A stretch of 40,210 nt of DNA. It comes from a virus (taxonomy: Duplodnaviria > Caudoviricetes). This document shows, one piece after another, positions 8,450-17,831 of the stretch (position 1 is its first letter; each line of letters begins with the position of its first letter). Under the pieces are notes generated by a model that was not told where the DNA came from, did not search any database, and worked only from the letters and a program-made list of their open reading frames with translations. The stretch lies in IMG/VR virus record IMGVR_UViG_3300017653_000001, positions 1 through 40,210 of that record; one strand, written 5' to 3'. Position numbers and translations under genes: made by a program.

Positions 8450-9249
8450 GACGGATTCCCTCCTAGTACGGCGCGTTCAATGGCGTCAAAGATGCATTCA
8501 GCGGCCTTCCCCCATTTTGTACCTCGTTGGCTTTCACAAACACTCTTCACAGCAGACCTGTAGGTTCTCAGCGCCTTTTCAGCCGCCGTGAGCTTGGCTT
8601 CGAGGGCTTCGTACTCAGACGATCTGTCCTCTATGACGCCAACAGCTTGGTCAAGTTCGGCTTTCAGGGCGAGGTAGTCGTCTGACATACGGTCAACGAC
8701 CTCGGAAAGCTGCTTTTCGGCAAGATCACGCTCGCGCCTGATTTCCGCCGCCAATAGCTCCTCAGCCTGCGAGCGGGCGACGAGTTCGCGAGTTCCTATA
8801 GCCGCGCAACCTTTCCACTCTTTTTGCCATCCCCACATTGCGCGACCAGTCATACTGTGTTCGTGCGCGTATTGAATACCAACCGTCACCAACTCCCCGC
8901 ACTTGCCGGTAGCATCCGGCGATACTGGAGCAACGGGGCTGGGGCGGGTGTTCTCTAGACGCTCCGCATCTTCGTCCAGACACGTGTTGCAAAGGCCGTT
9001 CGCATTCCGAGGTACAGAACCGCAGCGAACACACGACCCATCAGAGGGGAAGTCATCCTCGTTGGATAAACTGCAATTCCATTTTTCAATTATGCTGCCA
9101 TCAGCCGATCCGTCACTAAAGCCAAGCATAGGGCAGTCTGTAGGATCGGCATGGATGATGGCATCCGCATCGCCTTCGGAAGGCCATAAAGCACTACGTA
9201 ACATCATGGTTTTACTGCAAAACGGGCACGGCAGTAGTTCACTCGCCAT
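8446..9249 (-). CDS. Mosaic protein with Lar (restriction-alleviation)-like N-terminus, second Cys cluster and coiled coil (267 aa)
   Basis: 'MASELLPCPFC...IIEKWN' pattern; 'CVRC...LCNTC'; GGAGG RBS before ATG 9249. Confidence 0.6.
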   Translation of the reverse strand: MASELLPCPFCSKTMMLRSALWPSEGDADAIIHADPTDCPMLGFSDGSADGSIIEKWNCSLSNEDDFPSDGSCVRCGSVPRNANGLCNTCLDEDAERLENTRPSPVAPVSPDATGKCGELVTVGIQYAHEHSMTGRAMWGWQKEWKGCAAIGTRELVARSQAEELLAAEIRRERDLAEKQLSEVVDRMSDDYLALKAELDQAVGVIEDRSSEYEALEAKLTAAEKALRTYRSAVKSVCESQRGTKWGKAAECIFDAIERAVLGGNPS

Positions 9250-10267
9250 GGCGGTCGCCTCCTGATGGGTGGGTGGCTTCGGGGCGGGGTTCGCCCACCA
9301 CAACCGAAAGAGCTTTGTCTATCTCGGTAAGAACGGCGTCCTGCTCGGCGTTGTGTTCACGCGTGTCATAGCACTCGACATAAGGGAGAGCCATTTCTAA
9401 CAGACGCTTTAGTCGTTCGATTTTGCCTTCAGCGGTTTCATCGTATGGACGATTGTAACCTATGATAGCCACTCCGTTGCCGCCGCCCTTGATTTCAGGC
9501 GTAACGTTACCTTTGTTGACTACATGGAGTATCGGGCCTGCGTTATCAGCTATGCCCTGCGGCCTGACTTCATAACCGCCATCCTTGGAAGTAACGACAA
9601 CATCCACGCCAAAGGTCATGGTGCAATTGCCCTTCTCGATCTTTTCCAGCCAAGCAGGAACGTAATCGCCTGCGTTGAAATACCAAGCGCGTTCATGCGG
9701 GGCGTCGGCATGGTCCGGGGAGGATAGGGCGCGGATGGCAGCTTCCAGTTCTACAATTTTATCAATATGCAACCCGGTTTTCAGCATCAAGAAGTTACCG
9801 GCTATCCGCGCCGCTTCCTCCAACGCCAGCTCACGCGCTGCGGATGGCTCAAGCGCGGAGAGGACGCGATCCTCAAAATCGGCCTGTGCGGCGGCTTTGG
9901 CGGCTTCGAGCGATTTGCAAGCCTTTGATATTCCGGAAAGCCCATTATTACCGACGTAGTAAGTTACCCTCCATGTTTCTCTATCGTTCCAGTCTCTGTG
10001 AATGGAATAGTGTTCGTTGAAAGGACCATCTACGTCTTTGAGAGGGTGGACCGTATGCATGAGTGATCCAGCAACGGCATAGAATTCCGTTTCCAGAAAG
10101 CCTGTCTGGCCTGTAGCTACCCACTCCAGCTTCTTCACACCCGCCCCAGGTAGGTGAGGGAGGGCGGCGGTGAGGGCAGCTTGCGCCATTTCAGTATAAG
10201 TATCGCCAGAGCGACGAATTGCGGCTGCTGCCGCCTTCACGGCTTCTTCCGGTATTTCAACCATCAT
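9239..10267 (-). CDS. Mosaic hypothetical protein (about 342 aa)
   Basis: Long ORF with linker motifs typical of phage accessory genes (VKKLEW; SLEAAKAAAQADFE; ALEEAARIA). Confidence 0.75.
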   Translation of the reverse strand: MMVEIPEEAVKAAAAAIRRSGDTYTEMAQAALTAALPHLPGAGVKKLEWVATGQTGFLETEFYAVAGSLMHTVHPLKDVDGPFNEHYSIHRDWNDRETWRVTYYVGNNGLSGISKACKSLEAAKAAAQADFEDRVLSALEPSAARELALEEAARIAGNFLMLKTGLHIDKIVELEAAIRALSSPDHADAPHERAWYFNAGDYVPAWLEKIEKGNCTMTFGVDVVVTSKDGGYEVRPQGIADNAGPILHVVNKGNVTPEIKGGGNGVAIIGYNRPYDETAEGKIERLKRLLEMALPYVECYDTREHNAEQDAVLTEIDKALSVVVGEPRPEATHPSGGDRHGE

Positions 10268-10451
10268 ATTTCTCCACTTCTTCCTGTGCCTGCATCATAT
10301 CATATGGAGAGTTAACAAGTCTCATCCACATGTTATAGGGCAGTTCGTTACCGGTTGCTGCAAACCATGCATTAACAGGTTCTTTTCGGTCCATCTCCAC
10401 ATCAACCATCAGATGGCCGAGAGACTTTGCTATGATTGAAACTGTTGTCAT
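10257..10451 (-). CDS. Hypothetical protein (64 aa)
   Basis: GGAG RBS; first gene after the candidate promoter at 10465-10499. Confidence 0.7.
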   Translation of the reverse strand: MTTVSIIAKSLGHLMVDVEMDRKEPVNAWFAATGNELPYNMWMRLVNSPYDMMQAQEEVEKYDG

Positions 10452-10464
10452 GATTTATCTCCAC

Positions 10465-10499
10465 ATAATCACAATTACATGATTATCTATTGGTGTCAA
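10465..10499 (-). promoter_or_regulatory. Sigma70-like promoter with overlapping inverted repeat (operator candidate)
   Basis: TTGACA (10499-10494), 16 nt, TAATTG; palindrome ATAATCA-N8-TGATTAT at 10465-10486. Confidence 0.55.
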
Positions 10500-10713
10500 C
10501 AGACAATATGCGTTCAATCTCATTCTCAAGCTCAACCTTTAAATACCAAGGGAACTCACGACTATTCCATCGACCTGATTTAACCAGTGATAGTGCTTTC
10601 TGCCGTACCTTGTGCATCACATGGTCTTTCGTCGCATCCGAAACGTCCACCAGGAATAAACGGCCTTCCAGCACGTCTTCTGCATCTCGCGTAGAGAACA
10701 TATTTCTGTTCAT
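10483..10713 (-). CDS. Hypothetical protein (76 aa)
   Basis: GAGGGGG RBS; ATGA overlap with the HNH gene. Confidence 0.65.
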   Translation of the reverse strand: MNRNMFSTRDAEDVLEGRLFLVDVSDATKDHVMHKVRQKALSLVKSGRWNSREFPWYLKVELENEIERILSVDTNR

Positions 10714-11201
10714 TCCCCCCTCGCAAACTTCTCATGGATCTTACTTGCTGCATTGCAATAAGCTTCATGAGCTTCTTTTGGGTCTTCAAAAAAGCCTATT
10801 TTTATATTCTTGTAATCCAGCCCTATTTGGGCTTGCCACTTCCCTTGTTTTCGAGACCATGTAACTCCTTTGTAACCAGATGTATTGCTTATTGTTTTTC
10901 TTCTATTCCTCATATTCTCTGAAACAGAAGCTTCCCTAAGATTTTCTATTCTGTTATCAGATCTATCCATATTTATATGGTCAATAAAGTTGATAGGCCA
11001 CTCACCGTTACAATAAATCCAAGCTAATCTATGCGCGTAATATCTTTTACCGTCTAATCCTATCTGGATGTACCCAGACTTCATCAGATGGCCTGCCAAA
11101 TATCCTGATTTTCTTAATTTATTAAAATTAACATTCCAAGTAAACAACCCAGTATTTGGGCAATAATTTAACAGTTCCTTTATTCTTTTTTCTGATATCA
11201 T
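10710..11201 (-). CDS. HNH homing endonuclease with C-terminal AP2-like domain
   Basis: 'AHRLAW...IDHINMDRSDNRIENLR...N' HNH_3 motif; 'NTSGYKGV...KWQAQI...EAHEAY' AP2-like; start 11201 gives an ATGA overlap. Confidence 0.92.
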   Translation of the reverse strand: MISEKRIKELLNYCPNTGLFTWNVNFNKLRKSGYLAGHLMKSGYIQIGLDGKRYYAHRLAWIYCNGEWPINFIDHINMDRSDNRIENLREASVSENMRNRRKTISNTSGYKGVTWSRKQGKWQAQIGLDYKNIKIGFFEDPKEAHEAYCNAASKIHEKFARGE

Positions 11202-11458
11202 TTCGTGCATCTATCTGCGCTCAGAGTTGCATAACCGGCAATGTCGGCCCAGTGATCGCGAAAATCTGGATCTCCTGCCAATATACGACCGATCTTATGA
11301 GCGATCATATCTAGTGATTCGCGCTGGTGTTCAGGCAAAGATGACCATGATGGTTGGCACTGCATATCAGCCTTCAAGGCTTGCGTGATAGCTGCATGAG
11401 ACCCGTAATCGCCATGAGTTTTTGCGCGTTCGTTGAGGATTTGCTGTATGTCAGTCAT
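11198..11458 (-). CDS. DUF6378-like alpha-helical protein
   Basis: 'ILNERAKTHGDY...MIAHKIGRILAGDPDFRDHWADIAGYATL'. Confidence 0.75.
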   Translation of the reverse strand: MTDIQQILNERAKTHGDYGSHAAITQALKADMQCQPSWSSLPEHQRESLDMIAHKIGRILAGDPDFRDHWADIAGYATLSADRCTK

Positions 11459-12120
11459 AATGAAAAACCTTCCTGTTTCATTTCTTCTTTTGCCGCCTCA
11501 ACAAACATATCCGGCCTGTCGTATGCGTCTTGAATGCGCTTACAAGCTATCTCGAAATAATCCTCGTCAAGTTCGATTCCGATGAATGAACGGCCTTCTT
11601 TTACACACGCAACGCCAGTGGTACCGCTTCCCATGAATGGGTCAAGGATTAGCTTAGAGTCTTTCAGGAAGGATAGGCACCACTGCATTAAACCAAGTGG
11701 CTTCTCCGTTGGATGCTGCTTTTGCTTTGAATTTCTTGAGCCGTCCCACCTTTTAGCATTGTGATCAAAACTGCACCATGCCATTTCAAAATCTGCCATA
11801 GATGGGAAATAAGGCTTATTCCAGATTAACCAGCACCTAGAAGGCGGCATAGAAAAATAGTTGCCTCCCCAAATTATTTTTGGACAATCTATTTTTAAAA
11901 TCTCATCAATCCATGACTGTTGAATATCGATATCCCATTCATGCATATCCATATAATGCGAATCTTTAGTCGCCCATGAACCACCTTGCATTCTCTTTCC
12001 TAGACCATAAGGAGGATCAGTCACCACTGCATCAACCTTTCCTAAATGTGGCATAACATCCATGCAATCCGCCAGATACAAAGTGCAATCGCCTATAACT
12101 TCTTTACGCTTGTATTCCAT
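11455..12120 (-). CDS. Orphan N6-adenine/N4-cytosine DNA methyltransferase 1 (beta class)
   Basis: Catalytic DPPY, HPTEKP, SAM-binding 'ILDPFMGSGTT'; GGAG RBS before ATG 12120. Confidence 0.93.
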   Translation of the reverse strand: MEYKRKEVIGDCTLYLADCMDVMPHLGKVDAVVTDPPYGLGKRMQGGSWATKDSHYMDMHEWDIDIQQSWIDEILKIDCPKIIWGGNYFSMPPSRCWLIWNKPYFPSMADFEMAWCSFDHNAKRWDGSRNSKQKQHPTEKPLGLMQWCLSFLKDSKLILDPFMGSGTTGVACVKEGRSFIGIELDEDYFEIACKRIQDAYDRPDMFVEAAKEEMKQEGFSL

Positions 12121-12532
12121 AATACTTCTCCACATAAGTTTGAAACGCTTCCCACGCTGCTTTAGCTCCTAGAGCAACACATACGAAAGCACCTGCATTC
12201 TGGGCTGCTGTTAGATATTCTATCTGCCCATCTTGCCATGATGACAGTGTGTGATTCTGTCGCTTTATCTCACAAAGGAATGCAGGATTTCCGGGCACTA
12301 TACAATCTGGAGCGCCCTTCGTCATGCCCTCGGCCTTGTGCTTTGCCATAGACGAAAACTGACCTTTTGAAACCAATCCCTCATTGCGTGGGTGGAATAC
12401 AATCTTGCCGAACGTATCAGGGTAAACGCGCCTAATCTGGTTCACTAGGCTAATTTGCTCTACGCTTTCTAACGGGCATTTGCCTCGAAAGTCTGGGTCG
12501 CCGTATAGGGGGATGTTTTCAGGAAACTTCAT
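12104..12532 (-). CDS. VRR-NUC / PD-(D/E)xK nuclease
   Basis: 'ESVEQ...FHPRNEG...KAEGMTKGAPD...CEIKR...GQIEYL'. Confidence 0.82.
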   Translation of the reverse strand: MKFPENIPLYGDPDFRGKCPLESVEQISLVNQIRRVYPDTFGKIVFHPRNEGLVSKGQFSSMAKHKAEGMTKGAPDCIVPGNPAFLCEIKRQNHTLSSWQDGQIEYLTAAQNAGAFVCVALGAKAAWEAFQTYVEKYYGIQA

Positions 12533-13250
12533 GATTCCTAACCCTTTCTATAGCCTTTTTGTAGTATTCTTCATCCCGTTCAATGCAAATGTAATTCCGA
12601 CCTGTATTCATGCAAGCTATTGCGGTAGTTCCAGAACCGGCGCAATTATCAAGCACCATTTCTCCCGGGTTGGTGTATGTTTTAATAAGGTACTCGAAAA
12701 GCGCGACGGGTTTTTGCGTGGGGTGGATGGTTCCGCGTTCAACAACAGGGAAATCTATTACTTGCTTTGGGTAACGCTTACCGTCCGAACCTTCTCTGTG
12801 GTTGCCGAATTTCCCGTAATTGTCAGTCAACCCATTCTCTACGTTTTTCCCTGCCTTATTGCCATAAGGTTCACCTTTTCCGAATTGAGGATTATAAACA
12901 CACTGTTCGCGGTAGAAAACAAGAATGTCCTCCTTGTCGCGCATTGGCATTTTCTTTGCGTTTAAGTGCCCTGTTCCTTTAGGCTTCCTCCATGTCCAAT
13001 CATACTTAAAGGCGTTAATCTGTGACATTACTAACGCGGACGTAAATGGCTGTGCAGCCGTCAAAACGATAGCCGCATTCGTCTTACAGACACGCCAGTA
13101 TTCCCGCCATAGCGGTTCAAACGGAATTACACTGTCCCACTTATTTTGCGTCGTTCCATACGGCAAATCGCACAAAACCATATCAATGCTACTATCTGGA
13201 ATATTTTTCATTAATTCCAAACAGTCACCGTTCCAAAATTCATTACTCAC
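12519..13250 (-). CDS. Orphan N6-adenine/N4-cytosine DNA methyltransferase 2 (beta class)
   Basis: DLPY, HPTQKPVAL, 'VLDNCAGSGTT'. Confidence 0.93.
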   Translation of the reverse strand: MSNEFWNGDCLELMKNIPDSSIDMVLCDLPYGTTQNKWDSVIPFEPLWREYWRVCKTNAAIVLTAAQPFTSALVMSQINAFKYDWTWRKPKGTGHLNAKKMPMRDKEDILVFYREQCVYNPQFGKGEPYGNKAGKNVENGLTDNYGKFGNHREGSDGKRYPKQVIDFPVVERGTIHPTQKPVALFEYLIKTYTNPGEMVLDNCAGSGTTAIACMNTGRNYICIERDEEYYKKAIERVRNHEVS

Positions 13251-15052
13251 GCCGCCATTCCTCTCACTGGTTCCTCATCCTTTGGCTGGTTATATCCAAG
13301 GATGGCAAAGAATTTACTATCGGTTTTACGATAAGATATTGTCTCAGGCTTAACATTACCATTGTCGGTAGTCAACATGAAATTGTTGTATTCGGCTTGT
13401 TGCCTTGGTGTGCGACCCTCTACCATAAAGTAAGTTGTGAAAGCACGATAAGGCGTTACCCAATCAACACGCAGCACAGCATTGCCTGCTTGCGAAACAC
13501 TTCTTTTAACCTCCATAGAAATGACCTCATCACACTGCGGCAAATGAGGGTCTTTTTTGTGGGCTTTGAACTCGCCTACGAGACGTTCATTCGGATCAAC
13601 GATTTCTGCCTTGCACACATAGCAATATCGCGCAGCGATGTCGTTTTTCTCTCCACATGCTGGGCAATCCTTCCCGCTCCACCTGTATCCGCATCGCTCC
13701 ACTCTGCCAGCGCCAACAGGCACATAACCGAAGCACCGCCTCCCATAATGCCCAGACAATGGTCCATATTCCGTCTCAATGCGATTGCCAAACACATCCA
13801 GACAGTAGCCGTTTTCGTCTTTATCGTGGTCCGCATAGTCTGGGATGCAGGAAAATTCGTTCTCATAGCCGCAATCGGGGCATTTTGCCTTTATCGGGAT
13901 TGCTTCGCCTTTAGGTTTGGCAGCTACAACCTTTGGGTCAAACAAATCACCGTCTGGGAAATGCTTCTCATGGTTAAGACAGAAATCCAAGATTAAGCAC
14001 TCAGTCTTATTCGGATATAAACGCAATCCGCGACCAATAATCTGTTGCAATAGGCGTACTGACTCAGATTGGCGCATAAGCGCAATTGTATCGACAATAG
14101 GAAGGTCAACACCTACAGTCAAAACCCCCACATTAACCACATACTTTATTTTACCCCGCGATACCTTATCCAATATCGATTTACGGTCTTTTGTCTCCCC
14201 CGTAATGATTGCGCTTATTTCGGTAGGCAATGATGCCATGACTTCTTCAGCATGTTTAACCGTGGCTGCAAATATCAAGACTGCATTACGGTTGCGTGTC
14301 TGGGAAACAATATCAGCAACGATTGCCGCCGTCTTTCTCCCCATACCAACAAATGCCTTATCGACACTTTCTGGCGTGTAATTGCCCATGCGGTTAAGCT
14401 GCAAACCAGATATATCATATCTACTGGCGTTAATTTGACCGATAACTGGCTTCGTAAGATACCCTTGTTCAATCAAATGACGTGCGTCAATGCGATATAC
14501 GCATTTATGATAAAACGGGTTCAGAGACTGTGAATCGTCGTTTATCCGTCCATCAGGCCACTCCCTGAAAATATAGCCATCCTTCATTCTTATGGGTGTA
14601 GCTGTTGTGCCGACAACACGAAGATTAGGGTTACCCTCCTGCATTCCTTCGATAATCTTTTTCAAGGTTGGAGTTATGAGATCGCATTCATCGCAAATCA
14701 CCATGGCAAAGTTTTTTTGGAACGCCTTGATGTTTGATTTAATGGTCAATGGCGTACCAAAAACCACATGGTGCCGTGTGCTTTTCTTACCAGCGCTTGC
14801 ACTATACATGCTAGCAGGATAGCCAGTGGCAATAAACTTTGCTCGGTTCTGAATAACCAACTCTGCACTAGGTGCAGTCACCAAAATACGCTTTCCCGTC
14901 ATTTCGTATATAATACGGGCAATCTCAGCAATTATGACGCTCTTTCCTGCACCTGTAGGTGCTTCCACCATGCATGGCATGATGGAGCTTTTTACGTGTT
15001 CAATTACAGCATTAACGGCTTCTTGTTGGTATGGGCGTAGGGAGAAGGTCAT
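13247..15052 (-). CDS. Superfamily 2 helicase (ResIII/RadD-like) with C-terminal zinc fingers
   Basis: LRPYQ Q-motif, APTGAGKS, DECD, TATP, QIIGRGLR, CPDC/CPAC/CYVC. Confidence 0.92.
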   Translation of the reverse strand: MTFSLRPYQQEAVNAVIEHVKSSIMPCMVEAPTGAGKSVIIAEIARIIYEMTGKRILVTAPSAELVIQNRAKFIATGYPASMYSASAGKKSTRHHVVFGTPLTIKSNIKAFQKNFAMVICDECDLITPTLKKIIEGMQEGNPNLRVVGTTATPIRMKDGYIFREWPDGRINDDSQSLNPFYHKCVYRIDARHLIEQGYLTKPVIGQINASRYDISGLQLNRMGNYTPESVDKAFVGMGRKTAAIVADIVSQTRNRNAVLIFAATVKHAEEVMASLPTEISAIITGETKDRKSILDKVSRGKIKYVVNVGVLTVGVDLPIVDTIALMRQSESVRLLQQIIGRGLRLYPNKTECLILDFCLNHEKHFPDGDLFDPKVVAAKPKGEAIPIKAKCPDCGYENEFSCIPDYADHDKDENGYCLDVFGNRIETEYGPLSGHYGRRCFGYVPVGAGRVERCGYRWSGKDCPACGEKNDIAARYCYVCKAEIVDPNERLVGEFKAHKKDPHLPQCDEVISMEVKRSVSQAGNAVLRVDWVTPYRAFTTYFMVEGRTPRQQAEYNNFMLTTDNGNVKPETISYRKTDSKFFAILGYNQPKDEEPVRGMAA

Positions 15053-15055
15053 TTA

Positions 15056-15208
15056 TCATCTCCGAGAAATCATATTCCAACAATACATAAATGAACTTCC
15101 GTTTTCTCGGCATTCACTCCAAACTGAAACATTCCACCATATCGCAAATGATAAAATAGCTAATACTCCTATCACACCCAATACTACTCCACCGTTATCT
15201 TTATCCAT
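15056..15208 (-). CDS. Small single-TM membrane protein (50 aa; absent from the track)
   Basis: MDKDNGGVVLGVIGVLAILSFAIWWNVSVWSECRENGSSFMYCWNMISRR*; fills the exonuclease-helicase gap. Confidence 0.65.
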   Translation of the reverse strand: MDKDNGGVVLGVIGVLAILSFAIWWNVSVWSECRENGSSFMYCWNMISRR

Positions 15209-15209
15209 C

Positions 15210-15836
15210 TCACCACCCCACACTTAAAAACCGCTCATGAATCTCACGAACAATACGAACGTCATCCGCACAGTATTCTGCAATCTCATCATGCAAGCCT
15301 TGTTGCCACATGTAATGAACCTGCTTGCCGGTCGTTGCGCCTTTCCCTTTGATGCCAAGATTACGCGCTAGATTGTCCAGCGAGATAAACTCTTTGCCAT
15401 TGCCAAACGCTGTCATGGTATCAAATACCTTGTTATCCCAAGGCTTCAAATTGCGCGGCCAAATGTGTTCTGGCGGCAGTTTAATGCCAAGAACCAGGGC
15501 GCGTTTTGTGAGGAATGGGATGTCGAAGCCGATTACATTATGGCCGACTAATGTAGATTCCTGCATTTGGTTGAAGAAATCTTGCAGCATAACCTTTTCT
15601 GAACCAACATCTCCTATTGCCCATTTCTCATCATTCGCAACAATACAAGCAACATGCCCCTTCCAACCATCTAGCGCCGTCTTTTCCCATGCATCTTGTG
15701 CGTTGTCTTCTATGTAAGCCGCAATGGTGTCTGGATTCTTATAATTTGCAGGGATCTTGATTGATTCCTTGGCACGTTCCAATGCGCCTTCGGATTGGTC
15801 GGGCAGGGTTTCTATATCGATGTAGGTGTAGGTCAT
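15210..15836 (-). CDS. PolB-related DnaQ-like 3'-5' exonuclease
   Basis: ExoI 'IDIET', ExoII 'GHNVIGFDIPFL', ExoIII 'EYCADDV'. Confidence 0.88.
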   Translation of the reverse strand: MTYTYIDIETLPDQSEGALERAKESIKIPANYKNPDTIAAYIEDNAQDAWEKTALDGWKGHVACIVANDEKWAIGDVGSEKVMLQDFFNQMQESTLVGHNVIGFDIPFLTKRALVLGIKLPPEHIWPRNLKPWDNKVFDTMTAFGNGKEFISLDNLARNLGIKGKGATTGKQVHYMWQQGLHDEIAEYCADDVRIVREIHERFLSVGW

Positions 15837-16330
15837 TCCCCATTATCCTCCAACGCCTCTGCAAGTTGATTAAAAAGATGCGCGGATTCACGTAGTTCCT
15901 CAGTATTCATACCGAAAATCGGGACAGACGTGCCAACGGAAGACGGTGCGAAATCCAGTGTTACCCTGTTTTTCATATATGTTCCCGTCACTTCAAACCG
16001 CCCATACACCCCCGGCACAATCTCCCGGCTCGTTACGGTTCGGATGGGGGAAGGGGAGGGTGCTTCATTCTTCCACTCGGCTATAATATCAAGGCCATGA
16101 TAACTACTTGAATACCCTTCTCTTGACCAGTTGTGTGTAAATTGACCGAAAAGACTTTTTCCATCAGACCAGTAATAATCTCCTTCCCCACCGCGCACCC
16201 GTGAAATAGGCCCAACCTTACGGCCATCACGTGTTTTGTAATATTTACCGGCTTCAATCTTCAACACTTCTTTCTCCACTTCTTCAGCGCTCACCAACAG
16301 CGTGAACGGCTTCCATTCATAAGTTCCCAT
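15833..16330 (-). CDS. Hypothetical protein (165 aa)
   Basis: AGGAGG RBS; 'IEAGKYYKTRDGRKVGP' phage motif. Confidence 0.75.
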   Translation of the reverse strand: MGTYEWKPFTLLVSAEEVEKEVLKIEAGKYYKTRDGRKVGPISRVRGGEGDYYWSDGKSLFGQFTHNWSREGYSSSYHGLDIIAEWKNEAPSPSPIRTVTSREIVPGVYGRFEVTGTYMKNRVTLDFAPSSVGTSVPIFGMNTEELRESAHLFNQLAEALEDNGE

Positions 16331-16344
16331 TGCGCCCTCCTTTT

Positions 16345-16371
16345 AGGGCGACCGAAGTCGCCCTTTTATTT
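16345..16371. terminator. Stable hairpin between ssb and the next gene; T-tract only on the plus strand, cUUCGg loop on the minus strand
   Basis: AGGGCGAC-CGAA-GTCGCCCT-TTTATTT. Confidence 0.6.
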
Positions 16372-16376
16372 AAACC

Positions 16377-16982
16377 TCAAAATGGGATTTCATCGTCTAG
16401 GTCATGACTAAAGTTAGACGACGCAGCAGGCTGACTCGCCTTCGCCTTAGCCGCCTGCGCCTGTACATCCTCCTTGGTAACTTCCGTTACCGGATCATTC
16501 TTGGGCCCGACATAGTAAACCCAGTTACCCTTTGGCTTCTTGGTTTCTGCATCATCCCAAGTATTCAGGCCAATCACCATAGGCTTGTTATTAAGCGCCA
16601 GAGCAAGGCTTTCATCTGTAGGCTCAACGCCAGCCTGAGCGAGCTTCCCGCCTGCATTGGCATCAATAGCCGCAAGCATCTTCAATGCCTTGTCCTTCTT
16701 AGCCTTGGCCTTCACAGGGTCTTTCTTCATGGGGTCATGTTCAAAGCACCAGACCTTATGAAACACCTTGCGCTTGTTGTAGACTTCCGGCTTGATGATA
16801 CCCCACTTGATTTCGACGTATCGTTCAGCGCCGTCCTTAACAGTGGCGATCTTCACATTCTCGATAATAGCAAGCACCTTGGTTCCGGCTGGAATTGGAG
16901 GGACATCTCCACCGCCTTCAATCACGTAGCTGGTAGTATTAGAAATGGCGCTTTCACCCGTTGATGTATTCCAGAATGACAT
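16377..16982 (-). CDS. ssb: Single-stranded DNA-binding protein (DUF669-like)
   Basis: Acidic C-terminal tip 'DLDDEIPF'; directly downstream of the Sak4-like ATPase. Confidence 0.78.
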   Translation of the reverse strand: MSFWNTSTGESAISNTTSYVIEGGGDVPPIPAGTKVLAIIENVKIATVKDGAERYVEIKWGIIKPEVYNKRKVFHKVWCFEHDPMKKDPVKAKAKKDKALKMLAAIDANAGGKLAQAGVEPTDESLALALNNKPMVIGLNTWDDAETKKPKGNWVYYVGPKNDPVTEVTKEDVQAQAAKAKASQPAASSNFSHDLDDEIPF

Positions 16983-16997
16983 GTTTAGTTCTCCTTA

Positions 16998-17744
16998 TTA
17001 AATGTAATCTTGTAGGGGATTAACACCCATCTGCACAATAATATCGTCCTTTATCCCCAATCTGTTCTTTGAGACAAAAGCAGGGTGCAAAGTAGTTGTT
17101 AGGATAATATCACCCGTGGTAATAGCTTTCTTGCGTTCGTCTTCTTCACCACGGAGGATAGTTGCTTGTCGAAGAAACCCAACCACGTCAACATCATCAA
17201 CATATGACTTCATTGATTCACGATGAAGGCGCAGCGAGTACTTGGAGTATGATTCACTGTCTGGTGGGTCAATCCTCTCAATATCAGCATGGCCAATAAA
17301 CACAATATGCATACCACGGACAGAGCGCAGGTATTCAGCACCCTTTCGCAGTTTTGCGTGTTGTGCTGCAACCGCTGCACGTCCTGCGCCATAACCACCA
17401 AGGGCTGTGTTAATGCCACGTGCTTTTGGGTCCTTGTCAAGAACGTCTTTGATGAACATTCCTTCAAGACCCGTCGAGCTATCAACGATCAAAGTCTTGA
17501 AGTCGTGCTCATCTTTGCAGAGTGCTGTTAGCTGTTCCCATAGCTTGGCAGGGCTATCTGTAACCCCCAATGATGCGGCCTTATTAGGTGCATCACGTGG
17601 CACTGCTTCACCCTGAGTACGGATCATATAAGGCTTAGGGAATGTAAGCGCTGTTGATGTTTTGCCCGTGCCAGGGGTTCCAAACAGCGTCACAATCAAC
17701 GCCTGCTCGCCACCGTCATTTGTTGCGTTTTGTAGAATGCTCAT
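16998..17744 (-). CDS. AAA_24 / Sak4-like ATPase (single-strand annealing protein)
   Basis: Walker A 'GTPGTGKTS', Walker B 'TLIVDS', 'GGYGAG', 'IVFIGH', 'SKNR'. Confidence 0.85.
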   Translation of the reverse strand: MSILQNATNDGGEQALIVTLFGTPGTGKTSTALTFPKPYMIRTQGEAVPRDAPNKAASLGVTDSPAKLWEQLTALCKDEHDFKTLIVDSSTGLEGMFIKDVLDKDPKARGINTALGGYGAGRAAVAAQHAKLRKGAEYLRSVRGMHIVFIGHADIERIDPPDSESYSKYSLRLHRESMKSYVDDVDVVGFLRQATILRGEEDERKKAITTGDIILTTTLHPAFVSKNRLGIKDDIIVQMGVNPLQDYI

Positions 17745-17770
17745 TTATTTGCCTTTCTTCAATTTACGTA

Positions 17771-17803
17771 TTGCATTTAGCATCACTCAATTGTATAAGT
17801 CAA
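17771..17803. promoter_or_regulatory. Overlapping divergent sigma70-like promoters
   Basis: Plus: TTGCAT(17771)-N17-TATAAG(17794-99). Minus: TTGACT(17803-17798) followed by GCTAAATG about 16 nt downstream. Confidence 0.6.
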
Positions 17804-17831
17804 CATAGATTTTCAACAAAAAGGGAAAAAT

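Noticed and set aside
11455-15052. Helicase, MTases and nuclease as a type III or other restriction-modification system
   Set aside because: The helicase is RadD-like with Zn fingers and no nuclease domain, the MTases are small orphan phage types, and VRR-NUC is normally a resolvase
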